DNA of 64,000 nt from Christensenellaceae bacterium (GTDB taxonomy: Bacteria > Bacillota > Clostridia > Christensenellales > DTU072): assembly GCA_031259085.1 (NCBI GenBank), contig JAIRMA010000041.1:1116-65115 (forward strand). Reading direction: 5' to 3'. Shown here piece after piece: positions 47,274 through 56,851 of this stretch. Made by a program: the position numbers and the translations under genes. The notes beneath the pieces are model-generated. The model had not been told where the DNA came from. It was given only the letters and a program-made list of their open reading frames with translations, and searched no databases. Each line of letters starts with the position of its first letter. Position 1 is the first letter of the stretch.

Positions 47274-48357
47274 TGGGCTGGCTTTACATATTTATGGTGA
47301 ATCCCATGGTCCTGAGATTGGGTTGATATTAGAAGGAATTCCAAAAGGTTGTAGTATTAACCTAGATGAGTTGCAAAATTTTGTAAACCGACGTAAAAGC
47401 CAAAATTCTAACTATTCGACAAAGCGTGCTGAACCAGATTCAATAACCGTGCAGAGTGGTATAACGGACGGGATTACAAGTGGATCTATTAAAATATCAA
47501 TAAAAAACACTGATGTTAGAGAAGTGGATTATGAAAATTTAAATTCGATTCCTAGGCCATCACACGCAGATTATCCTGCATATATTAAATACGCTGGAAA
47601 TCTTAACATGTCTGGCGGTGGTCCGTTTTCTGGCAGATTGACAGCACCCATAGTGATCGCTGGTGGCATCGCATCACAAATCCTTAAATCCTATTTCAAT
47701 ATCCCTCTTTTCTCTCATATTACGAGCATTGGGCCTGTATCAAGTGATAATTTTGAATACAGTAAATTACCTTTTGAAGAATTAAATGCCCTTAAATACA
47801 ATAATTTTCCCGTACTGGACGATAACAAAAAGCTTGAAATGTGTGAAGTCATAAATAATGCTAGCTTAAAAGGTGATTCCATAGGTGGTGTCATAGAAGG
47901 CGTTGCTTTTAATTTACCAGTTGGCTGGGGCGGGCCTCTGTTTGATGGTATCGAATCTAGATTAGCAGCATTATTGTTTGGTATTCCTGCAGTTAAAGGG
48001 GTCGAATTCGGTGCAGGATTTGCAATATCTAAGATGTTAGGATCTAAAGCCAATGATCAGTTTGAGTTCAATAATGGTAAGGTTGTTTTATTATCAAATA
48101 ACAATGGTGGGCTAACAGGCGGCATGACAAATGGTATGCCAGTTATAGTGAGAGTAGCATTCAAGCCAACCCCGTCTATATCCATCCCACAGAAAAGTGT
48201 TAATCTTAAGACAAAGGAAAATGTTATATTGCAAATCAAAGGCAGACATGATGTCTGTTTTGTTCCACGTGCAGTAGTTGTAGTTGAAAGTGCACTAGCA
48301 ATAGCATTGTTAGATGTTGCTTTAGAGAATGGAACTTTTAACAACCAAATTATGTGA
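47257..48357 (+). CDS. aroC: chorismate synthase
   Basis: YGESHG, RPSHADY and GRHDVC(F)VPRA motifs. Confidence 0.9.
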   Translation: MRLWNNGLALHIYGESHGPEIGLILEGIPKGCSINLDELQNFVNRRKSQNSNYSTKRAEPDSITVQSGITDGITSGSIKISIKNTDVREVDYENLNSIPRPSHADYPAYIKYAGNLNMSGGGPFSGRLTAPIVIAGGIASQILKSYFNIPLFSHITSIGPVSSDNFEYSKLPFEELNALKYNNFPVLDDNKKLEMCEVINNASLKGDSIGGVIEGVAFNLPVGWGGPLFDGIESRLAALLFGIPAVKGVEFGAGFAISKMLGSKANDQFEFNNGKVVLLSNNNGGLTGGMTNGMPVIVRVAFKPTPSISIPQKSVNLKTKENVILQIKGRHDVCFVPRAVVVVESALAIALLDVALENGTFNNQIM

Positions 48358-48529
48358 TAATATTTGTGTTGTATAACATGAATAAATTAAGTGCGCTTGA
48401 CTTTAGCGTAATGCCACTGAACATAAAACCCCAACACTTAGTCTAAAACATTAAGCGAGGCATTTGGTAGAATGTGGAATAAAGTCACAAATCATAATGA
48501 TTTTATTAAATTAGATAGAGGTATTGTTT

Positions 48530-49669
48530 ATGTCTGACATCGAACAAAAACGTCATCTGTTAGACAAAATAGATGACAAAATAGCCAAATTATACGCCGA
48601 ACGTATGGCTATTGTAAAAGAAATTGGAATTGCTAAAAGTATTGCTAAAATCAATATAATTGATGAAGCTCGGGAACAAAGTATCATATGCCGAGTTACA
48701 AAACCACTTGATAGTGATTTAAAAATTTTCACCAAGCAATTATTTATGACAATATTAGACACGTCCAAAGCTTATCAGAGTCGTTACACATGCCCTGACA
48801 CTAAACTAAGTTCAGCCCTTGAAATTGCTTTAACGGAAAAAGCTAAACCTCCAGTTGATGCTGTGATCGCGTGTCAAGGGGTGGAAGGCTCTTACTCTAG
48901 CATAGCAGCCGAGAAATTGTTTCAAATACCAGATATAACATATTTCAAAACATTTGATGGCGTTTTCAATGCAGTAGAATCTGGGCTTTGTCAATTTGGC
49001 GTGTTGCCTATTGAAAATAGTACTGCAGGATCTGTCAATGCGGTGTATGACTTAATGCGTAAATATAATTTTCATATTGTGAGATCAGTTAAGTTGCCAG
49101 TTAGACACAGTCTGTTAGCAAAAAAGGGAACTACTAAAAATGGTATTCGTGAAATTTTCTCTCATGAACAAGCTATTAATCAGTGTAGTGAATATCTGAA
49201 ACAATTCAAGAATGTGAAAATAACCGTTTGTGAGAATACCGCAGTAGCAGCAAAATTAGCAGCTGAACATCCTGATATGAATGTTGCATCTCTGTCGGCA
49301 CCACGATGCGCTGAAATGTATGGATTGATTGCACTAGAGGCCGACGTGCAAGATAACGATCGAAACTACACTAGGTTTATTTGTATAACTAAGAAGTTAA
49401 CTATCTATTCAGGGGCAGATAAGATTAGTATAATGATCAATCTACCACATGAACCTGGCAGCCTTAACAGACTACTATCTAAGTTTTCTGCAATCGGATT
49501 AAATCTAACTAAACTTGAATCTAGACCTTCAACTGGCACAAATTTCGAATTCTTGTTTTATTTTGACTTCGTAGGCGATCTCGAAAACCCTGAAGTCTTC
49601 AGTTTGATAACTGACCTCTCAAACAGAGCTGATAAATTTGTTTTCTTGGGCTGTTATAGAGAAGAATAG
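48530..49669 (+). CDS. pheA: bifunctional chorismate mutase / prephenate dehydratase (P-protein) with C-terminal ACT domain
   Basis: N-terminal AroQ-type CM helix (IDDKIAKLYAERMAIVKEIG), PDT core (GVEGSYS, GVLPIENSTAGSV, NYTRF) and ACT region (PGSL...LTKLESRP). Confidence 0.88.
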   Translation: MSDIEQKRHLLDKIDDKIAKLYAERMAIVKEIGIAKSIAKINIIDEAREQSIICRVTKPLDSDLKIFTKQLFMTILDTSKAYQSRYTCPDTKLSSALEIALTEKAKPPVDAVIACQGVEGSYSSIAAEKLFQIPDITYFKTFDGVFNAVESGLCQFGVLPIENSTAGSVNAVYDLMRKYNFHIVRSVKLPVRHSLLAKKGTTKNGIREIFSHEQAINQCSEYLKQFKNVKITVCENTAVAAKLAAEHPDMNVASLSAPRCAEMYGLIALEADVQDNDRNYTRFICITKKLTIYSGADKISIMINLPHEPGSLNRLLSKFSAIGLNLTKLESRPSTGTNFEFLFYFDFVGDLENPEVFSLITDLSNRADKFVFLGCYREE

Positions 49670-49685
49670 GTGCAACGTGCAAGGA

Positions 49686-50918
49686 ATGAAATTTTGCTTA
49701 ATTGGCAGATCTTTAGGGCATAGCTACTCACCCAAAATTCATCGTCATTTTGGTTATACATACGACATTGTTGAACTGGAAATAGGAGAGCTCGAGCGCT
49801 TTGTCAAAACCACTACCTATGATGGGTTTAATGTAACTATTCCATACAAATTAGAGATTATGAAATATTTAGATTGTCTAGATAGATCAGCAATTCAAGC
49901 GGGCTCAGTCAATACTGTAATCAAATCTCAGAGCGGCTGGATAGGGTTTAATACTGATGTTAAAGGTCTTGACTATTTAGTATGTGATTCTAACATTTCA
50001 TTAACTAATAAAAAGGTTATAATTTTTGGGAGTGGTGGCACATCCAAAACAGCGTGTACCTTAGCTAGTATTAAAGGAGCTTCAGAAATCGTTGTTGTTA
50101 GTCGAAATGGGATTAACAATTATAACAATCTGAAAAAACATTTTGATGCAGAAATTATTATAAACACTACACCAGTAGGGATGTATCCTAATAATATGGA
50201 ACGCTTAGTAGATATATCTAACTTTTCTAAAGTGTCTGGGGTCATTGATGTTATATATAACCCTACTATCACTGATTTAATATTTCAGGCTCGTTCATTA
50301 AATATTAATTGTTCGAGTGGTTTAAAGATGTTGGTAGCACAAGCCAAATACGCACGTGACCTGTTTTTAAAAAATGAGTCTGATAATTCTTTAATAGAAA
50401 ATATATATTCTATTATCTCAATGCAAACCACAAATATTGTTTTAATAGGTATGCCATCATGTGGCAAATCTTTAATTGGTCGCAAATTGGCAAGTATCCT
50501 AAATAGAGAATTTGTTGATACTGACACTGAAACTGAGACCCTGATGGGGATTAGTATCCCAGATGCTTTTAATAAACATGGTGAGGCATATTTTAGGGAA
50601 TCAGAACGTTATTGTATTGATCTAATAGGAAAAAGACAAGGATTAGTGATAGCAACAGGAGGCGGAGCAGTCTTTAATTCTGATTGTTATAAATATCTAA
50701 AACAAAACGGTGTAATTGTACTTTTGACAAGAGATTTATCTAAAGCCGTTTGTGACGGCAGACCTCTTTTGAGGGACAAAAGCTCCCTTGTAACCTTGTT
50801 TAATGAAAGATTTCCTAAATATCAACTCTTATCTGATACAACTATTTCTAATGACTTAGATCCAAATAAGACGATACAAAATATTATGAGGTGGCTTAAT
50901 GAATATTACAATAATTAA
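49686..50918 (+). CDS. aroE/aroK: shikimate dehydrogenase - shikimate kinase fusion
   Basis: The N-terminal ~260 aa are AroE-like (GHSYSPKIH, FNVTIPYK, NTD..G, GSGGTSK). The C-terminal ~165 aa are AroK-like (LIGMPSCGKS P-loop, VIATGGG). Confidence 0.85.
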   Translation: MKFCLIGRSLGHSYSPKIHRHFGYTYDIVELEIGELERFVKTTTYDGFNVTIPYKLEIMKYLDCLDRSAIQAGSVNTVIKSQSGWIGFNTDVKGLDYLVCDSNISLTNKKVIIFGSGGTSKTACTLASIKGASEIVVVSRNGINNYNNLKKHFDAEIIINTTPVGMYPNNMERLVDISNFSKVSGVIDVIYNPTITDLIFQARSLNINCSSGLKMLVAQAKYARDLFLKNESDNSLIENIYSIISMQTTNIVLIGMPSCGKSLIGRKLASILNREFVDTDTETETLMGISIPDAFNKHGEAYFRESERYCIDLIGKRQGLVIATGGGAVFNSDCYKYLKQNGVIVLLTRDLSKAVCDGRPLLRDKSSLVTLFNERFPKYQLLSDTTISNDLDPNKTIQNIMRWLNEYYNN

Positions 50919-51342
50919 CGGACCTAATCTTAACATGCTCGGCGTTAGAGAACCCACTTTATATGGAAGCGGCACGCTAAAAGATCTTGAAAATTATATT
51001 ATGGAATCTTCTAAAAGATTTAATAATGTACATCTTGAATTTTTTCAAACTAACCATGAAGGCACCATTATTGATATAATTCAAAATTTGGTCGGGGTTG
51101 CAAATGGCTTGATAATCAATGCAGGGGCATACACTCACACTAGTATTGGGATCTTAGATGCAATTAAAGCAGTAAATATCCCTACCGTAGAAGTTCATTT
51201 AACAGATGTAGAAAACCGGGAGGTTTTTAGACATATCAGTTATATTTCACTAGTAGCAAAAAAAATAATTAGTGGTAAGGGTTTTGACGGGTACGTTGAG
51301 GGCCTTGAATTTTTGGTTGCTAACTTTTCTGAACAACAATAA
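50899..51342 (+). CDS. aroQ: type II 3-dehydroquinate dehydratase
   Basis: INGPNLNMLG..EP..YG, FFQTNHEG, INAGAYTHTS and VEVHL motifs. Confidence 0.9.
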   Translation: MNITIINGPNLNMLGVREPTLYGSGTLKDLENYIMESSKRFNNVHLEFFQTNHEGTIIDIIQNLVGVANGLIINAGAYTHTSIGILDAIKAVNIPTVEVHLTDVENREVFRHISYISLVAKKIISGKGFDGYVEGLEFLVANFSEQQ

Positions 51343-51347
51343 TCCTA

Positions 51348-51941
51348 TTAGCTTTCTGGTAATTTCTCATCTAAATAAGAGGCCTGGACGTCAGCTAAAT
51401 GGAGCATTAGTGCAATTGGATAATTATAGTAGACTTTTGATAATGCGCCTGCTCCAGCTCCTTTAATTCTATCATCAAAGCCTCCCATGTGCCAATTAAT
51501 CGCGAGAGCCTCCTTTCTAGTCAATCTCATAAACCCATTTATTATATATACTGATTTTTCGCCATGCCCAAATGGCAAATCATCATCAATTACATAATAT
51601 GGTTTTTTAGACCAGTTACCATTTGCATCTTTAAAATTTCTATATTCTATTTTATACATGTTTGTTTTACAGACATCATGCAATAGTCCACAAATTGCAA
51701 CCGTTTCATGGGAACATTGATCTTCCCAATTTTCCCCATATTCTAGTTCAACTAATTTTACCAATCTGTTATATACGTTTATGCTATGCAAGCAAAGCCC
51801 ACTAACCTCAGCTGAATGGAACTTTGTGCTTGCAGGAGCAGTAAAAAAATCACTGGACTTTAAATATTCCAGAAGTTTTTCAGCCCCAGCGCGTTCAATG
51901 AACGTTTCATAAATTTCTATAAAGGATTCTTTGACATCCAT
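51348..51941 (-). CDS. HD-domain metal-dependent phosphohydrolase
   Basis: 197 aa carrying H...HD (LHSINV...GLLHDVCK) and a later HLAD. Substrate is unknown. Confidence 0.7.
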   Translation of the reverse strand: MDVKESFIEIYETFIERAGAEKLLEYLKSSDFFTAPASTKFHSAEVSGLCLHSINVYNRLVKLVELEYGENWEDQCSHETVAICGLLHDVCKTNMYKIEYRNFKDANGNWSKKPYYVIDDDLPFGHGEKSVYIINGFMRLTRKEALAINWHMGGFDDRIKGAGAGALSKVYYNYPIALMLHLADVQASYLDEKLPES

Positions 51942-51955
51942 TTTTATCTCCTTTG

Positions 51956-53098
51956 CTAACCAAACACAGCTAAGAGTACACCTGCAGCAACCGCAGAACC
52001 TATAACGCCAGCGACGTTAGGCCCCATTGCATGCATTAACAAGTAATTGCCTGGATTAGCCTTTTGCCCCTCAATTTGTGATATTCTAGCAGCCATTGGT
52101 ACTGCTGACACTCCAGCAGAGCCAATTAGAGGATTTACTTTTCCCTTTGTTATTACATACATAAGCTTACCAAATAATAGACCTCCCACTGTGCTGAACA
52201 TAAATGCAGCAAGCCCAAGTCCAATTATCGATAATGTCTGTGTTTGTAAAAATGTTTCCCCATTTGCTGTGACCCCTACAGACACTCCTAAAAATATTGT
52301 CACTATGTTTATAAGCGCATTTTGTGCAGTTGATGAGAGCCGTTCAACAACACAGGACTCTTTAAATAAATTCCCCAACATTAACATCCCAATAAGAGGT
52401 GCTACTGATGGCAAAAGCAGAACACAAATTACAGTTACAATGATAGGAAAACAAATTTTTTCTATTTTACTAACCTTGCGTGGGGTCTGCATTATTGTTT
52501 GACGTTCTTTCTTTGTAGTGAGGAGCCTCATGATAGGGGGCTGTATCATTGGAATTAACGCCATGTAAGAATAGGCTGCGATTGCAATTGCTGGCAATAA
52601 TTCTGGCTTTAATTTTGTTGTTAAGAAAATAGCGGTTGGGCCATCTGCTCCCCCTATAATAGCAATCGATGCTGCCGCTTGATCATCAAAACCTATTTGC
52701 GTGGCAATAACAAAGGCAATAGCTATTCCAAGCTGAGCCCCAGCACCTAATAACAATGAGGATGGTCTAGCTAAAAGTGGACCAAAATCAGTCATTGCTC
52801 CAATTCCTAAAAATATTATCGATGGATAAATTCCATATTCAACCCCTAAGTGTAAATAATATAATAGACCCTTATTAGTAGTAGTAGCATCGTAAATGCC
52901 TGTGTTGGGAAAGTTTGCAAGGAGCATACCAAATGCGATTGGCAATAAAAGCATAGGTTCAAACTTTTTAGCTATTGCTAAGAATATTAAAATAAAAGCA
53001 ATCCCCATCATAATTGCTTGCTGTATGCTTAACGTTGCAAATCCAGATTCTGACCATAGTTGTATAATTGTCTCTTTTATTTGCATAAGTCCCTCCAT
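51956..53098 (-). CDS. sodium ion-translocating decarboxylase, beta subunit (OadB/GcdB/MmdB family)
   Basis: A ~375-aa polytopic protein with typical family segments (IGGADGPTAI, LIGSAGVSAVPMAAR, HAMGPNVAGVIGSA). Confidence 0.85.
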   Translation of the reverse strand: MEGLMQIKETIIQLWSESGFATLSIQQAIMMGIAFILIFLAIAKKFEPMLLLPIAFGMLLANFPNTGIYDATTTNKGLLYYLHLGVEYGIYPSIIFLGIGAMTDFGPLLARPSSLLLGAGAQLGIAIAFVIATQIGFDDQAAASIAIIGGADGPTAIFLTTKLKPELLPAIAIAAYSYMALIPMIQPPIMRLLTTKKERQTIMQTPRKVSKIEKICFPIIVTVICVLLLPSVAPLIGMLMLGNLFKESCVVERLSSTAQNALINIVTIFLGVSVGVTANGETFLQTQTLSIIGLGLAAFMFSTVGGLLFGKLMYVITKGKVNPLIGSAGVSAVPMAARISQIEGQKANPGNYLLMHAMGPNVAGVIGSAVAAGVLLAVFG

Positions 53099-53143
53099 TT
53101 ATTAAAATTAATAGTACAGGTTTTCATTGAAAAATCTTTGAAC

Positions 53144-53404
53144 TTAACTATTAACTTTTTCGTCTTTTGTTTGAAGATCATCATTTACCTTTGTTTTCGT
53201 TTTTTTGTTGCTGAGTTTCGTTTTTATTTTGGCTGTAAATTTATTGCATGCGCCTCTTATTTCGGCTTCTTTAGCAAAAACTATTGATAATAATTTGAAA
53301 AACATCCCAAGAAACGCAAGCACAAGAACGACAGTGCCAAACAAAAACAATGCTGTTACTACACTATCACCAAACGACATTGCAGATATTAAAAACATGG
53401 ACAT
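53144..53404 (-). CDS. small single-TM protein, OadG-like gamma subunit candidate
   Basis: 86 aa with one N-terminal TM helix and a charged tail. It lies directly upstream of the beta subunit on the same strand behind an AAGGAG RBS. Confidence 0.55.
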   Translation of the reverse strand: MSMFLISAMSFGDSVVTALFLFGTVVLVLAFLGMFFKLLSIVFAKEAEIRGACNKFTAKIKTKLSNKKTKTKVNDDLQTKDEKVNS

Positions 53405-53594
53405 TTAACTCCTTAACAGATTGTTTATAAAAACCATAGATCATATCTCATATTATACAATATGTTAATCACTAGCAAATTAATTTGTCATTAGCTACAC
53501 GAGACTTATCTGATGCTTTTGACAATAAATTATTGATTTTTATATAAATAGCTCTATGAAAAATGATATTTTTCAACCTCTATATTAATTTAAT

Positions 53595-53623
53595 ATAATA
53601 CAATAAAGATAGCCTGTTGTCAA
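53595..53623 (-). promoter_or_regulatory. sigma-70-type promoter TTGACA-17 nt-TATTAT upstream of oadG-oadB
   Basis: On the minus strand, TTGACA is at 53623-53618 and TATTAT at 53600-53595. Confidence 0.5.
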
Positions 53624-53814
53624 ATTAATAATGCCGTTTTGATAACTAACTATCTTTATACGTGGTAAAAACTACTTGATTGTGAATCAAATATTACATG
53701 TAATAATGCTTACATTTTTATAATTATTGCATGATATAACATCAATGAATCTTTTATTTGTTGCGTTTTTTTGATGCCCTCTAGTATTAGGCTTATGTTA
53801 ATCCTGTTTTATGC

Positions 53815-53979
53815 ACAGAGTTTTTGCGGAATTAGAAAAAAAGGATGACAATAATCAAATACAAATAAAAGATAAAAGTGGCTTTAGCCAAAATTTTTAA
53901 GCTCCCTCGTGTGATATAAAAATTAGCACAACCAGTACACAACTTTTATTGGAATATATAACCATTTTTAATCAATGCA
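53815..53979 (-). repeat. copy 2 of the dispersed intergenic element (partner 11501-11663)
   Basis: The reverse complement aligns colinearly with 11501-11663. Weaker similarity extends to about 53765, corresponding to the RBS region of the exonuclease gene at copy 1. Confidence 0.8.
53897..53965 (-). CDS. candidate 22-aa small ORF MVIYSNKSCVLVVLIFISHEGA in repeat copy 2
   Basis: Same length, start and stop positions as the sORF in copy 1. There are 10 nucleotide differences in 69 nt: 3 in synonymous codon changes and 7 in six amino-acid changes. Confidence 0.25.
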   Translation of the reverse strand: MVIYSNKSCVLVVLIFISHEGA

Positions 53980-54134
53980 AAAGATTGACTTATGACACCT
54001 TCTCGTGTTTTCAAATTTATAAGTGTTCGACACTTCTGTGATTTTTATGCCATCTTTTCTCTCGTTCTGATTGTCGCTTTCACGTGCAAAAATAAGTTAG
54101 TTTTTTTTTAATCTATTCTACCTGCATAAATACA

Positions 54135-55613
54135 TTAAAAAATATAGGGCATAACTGGATCCTCAAATATCATATCATCATTAATACTATTCGCCTTATT
54201 AATAATTATTCGGTATCCGCTATTATTGTTGTCCTCATTAATGGTCATATTTGAAGCAAAACCTGCTATTCCCCCACAATGGACAGTGCCTTTAGCAAAA
54301 ATATCCATAACACCCTCAACAATCGATTTTTCAATATACATATTCAATGTTGATACACTGTCTGATTTGGTTGCATAACCAATTATACCACCTGCATATA
54401 AATGCCCACTCCCACTTATGATTTCTATCAATCCCCGCGCCTCACAATTTGTAATTGATGTATTTAATACTTCACCAAAAATACCACCAATTTTGTTAGT
54501 TGTCTTGTTTAAAATATCTTTAATGATTATACTGCCATCATTTATTAATGTGTCGCCATTTATAAATTCATTTGTCAACAACCCAGCAATTGGAACTCTG
54601 TTATTGACATAGCCTACTATCCCGCCAATCGTCATTTCCAACGCGTCATCATCATAATTTGCAATAGTAATGATCCCAGAATAGGTACAATTCTTTATTG
54701 ATAAATTAACTAAACTACCTACAATTCCACCTGTAAGTATTTTGCCATTCGTCTTAATATTAATATTAATTTGAGATAAACAATCAGATGCGGCGTAAGG
54801 ATCTGTAGCATTCAAATACTCAGTCGTTCTGTCATCATACTCAAGTGTGCCAAATAAAGAACCTATATTAAAAATAGCTGTATCAGGCAATTCGAAACTT
54901 ATACTGCCACTCGCCTCAATCCCATAGAAGTGCGATGCATATGCATTATTAACTAGCGCCCCAAAGAAAATTCTAGTAATATCCGTTACTTTGCCTTGCA
55001 CTTTATCTAATTTAACACCAGAAATTCGCGCATTTAATAGATTATTAAACAAACCACTATTATTTGAAACATCTAAACCACTTATTGCAAAATAATTTCC
55101 GTAGTACTTACCACTAAAATCATCAATCATCGTGTTTGATTTTACGATGAAATCTTGTGTTTGGATGCACAGATCATATTTTTCAATACTTTTAAAATCA
55201 TCAGCACTACTTATATACTTAGGATTACTGAATATATCTATTATATAAACTGCGATAACCTTGTTATCGTACAATATTTTTAACTCTGTTTGTCCCTCTT
55301 CTTGAGGATCTAGAATATAATCACTGTTCATAACAACAAGGCTACCTTTTTGAACAACGTCAAAATCGTTAAATTTAAGACCTTGAACCCAGGTTGAGTC
55401 TACTTTTAATGGAACGTTGATTGTTGCCCCATAATAAAATGTTTTTGGCAAATCAAAATTAAAGTCTTCGTTTTTATCTATGTTTTTTATTAGAACTACT
55501 GCTACAATTGTAACAATGGCTAAAAATACTAAAAAGCTAATAAATAAAATAATGGTTTTTGCCTTGCGCGTCAATTTTCTTTTTTCTAAAACAAAACCAC
55601 TATTATCGATCAT
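54135..55613 (-). CDS. membrane-anchored protein with GLUG-motif-like repeats
   Basis: N-terminal TM anchor. The C-terminal half has a recurring GGI(V/I/F/A)G...N.(S/T)I.NC pattern (TGGIVGSLVNLSIKNC, IGGIVGYVNN, IGGIFGEVLNTSITNC, AGGIIGYA, CGGIAGFASN). Confidence 0.65.
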   Translation of the reverse strand: MIDNSGFVLEKRKLTRKAKTIILFISFLVFLAIVTIVAVVLIKNIDKNEDFNFDLPKTFYYGATINVPLKVDSTWVQGLKFNDFDVVQKGSLVVMNSDYILDPQEEGQTELKILYDNKVIAVYIIDIFSNPKYISSADDFKSIEKYDLCIQTQDFIVKSNTMIDDFSGKYYGNYFAISGLDVSNNSGLFNNLLNARISGVKLDKVQGKVTDITRIFFGALVNNAYASHFYGIEASGSISFELPDTAIFNIGSLFGTLEYDDRTTEYLNATDPYAASDCLSQININIKTNGKILTGGIVGSLVNLSIKNCTYSGIITIANYDDDALEMTIGGIVGYVNNRVPIAGLLTNEFINGDTLINDGSIIIKDILNKTTNKIGGIFGEVLNTSITNCEARGLIEIISGSGHLYAGGIIGYATKSDSVSTLNMYIEKSIVEGVMDIFAKGTVHCGGIAGFASNMTINEDNNNSGYRIIINKANSINDDMIFEDPVMPYIF

Positions 55614-55762
55614 ATTGAAATTATATCAGGTTTCACCTGTAAACGCAAGTAAAATCAATATTTACCATGTCTGTTAAATACATGATAATATATCTCGCTA
55701 AATTTTGTTTTGAGAACATTTAAAGTAAAATTAGGTATTTGTTCTATGTCTATGTATGACAT

Positions 55763-56851
55763 TTAAACAAATGCAATCGTATTCATTATAGCATTGTATA
55801 TGCTCACCCAATCATTACCCACTGGGAATGCAAACGAAAAAATTATTGCGCTTGATTCATGAAAAACCCAAACAAAATTTCCAGATCCCACTGTTTCAGA
55901 GAGCTCATAATAGACTATTGCACCGTCAAACCCATTGATTTTTTTCTTTTCAAACGAAGTTATCTCAATATCACTACTAGAGTTTAGAGAATTAACATAC
56001 TGAATAAAAAAGTATTCATTAAAGTCAGCATAACTCACTTCATCAACAAAATAAGTAAAGTGTGCAAAGACATCTTCCGATTGAGTGACAAAGCAATACT
56101 GGTCAAACGGGAAATCATCCGTAGCCGCATTATCAGCTTCATATATTGACGCTTCAAAAGTATTTGGATAATAAAAACTTACACCTGCACCACTTTTAGA
56201 ATCCTCATATAGCTTATAACCGACACCTGGCGAAACTGAATAAGGAATTTTTAATGTCTCATTTTCGCATGAAATTTGCAAATATTTAAGACCTGACATT
56301 TTAGAAGTATCAAATCCAGTTACATGTGAAGAATCTATGTTGACAAATGTCTCGGTGCCATCACTGTACGTTTTCAGTAATTTTACTTCATTATAATTAA
56401 AGCTTTCATTAATTTGATATTCTTTTTTATCTATATCATTTTCAAAAACAAACTGACGAGACACCACTACAGGTTTTATAATTACATTATATGCTAGTTC
56501 AGCAGTACCTATAAAGTTGTCCCCACCTTCTATCTTAATAATGATTTGTAAACTATCACTAACTTCAGAGCTGTCAAAACCACTCATTGTCAAAATTAAT
56601 CCATCTTTCTTCGCATCGGTGTCTAGATTATACATAAAAAAAGTTGTCTCTTGTTTGTCTATAATAAATTTAATTTCGACTATTACTTGACTAAAATCAA
56701 ATTCATCACCTACATAATATTCTATTTGTGTACCATCATTAAGTGTAACAGAGATTATTTTATTTTTTTCCTTTTCACATGCGTTTAACATGATTAAGAG
56801 TACTATAAAAATAATAATGATAATTGGTATGATTAAATATTTTTTTTTCAT
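55763..56851 (-). CDS. putative lipoprotein, function unknown
   Basis: MKKKYLIIPIIIIIFIVLLIMLNAC is a signal peptide with a lipobox. The start at 56851 follows GGAGA. Confidence 0.65.
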   Translation of the reverse strand: MKKKYLIIPIIIIIFIVLLIMLNACEKEKNKIISVTLNDGTQIEYYVGDEFDFSQVIVEIKFIIDKQETTFFMYNLDTDAKKDGLILTMSGFDSSEVSDSLQIIIKIEGGDNFIGTAELAYNVIIKPVVVSRQFVFENDIDKKEYQINESFNYNEVKLLKTYSDGTETFVNIDSSHVTGFDTSKMSGLKYLQISCENETLKIPYSVSPGVGYKLYEDSKSGAGVSFYYPNTFEASIYEADNAATDDFPFDQYCFVTQSEDVFAHFTYFVDEVSYADFNEYFFIQYVNSLNSSSDIEITSFEKKKINGFDGAIVYYELSETVGSGNFVWVFHESSAIIFSFAFPVGNDWVSIYNAIMNTIAFV

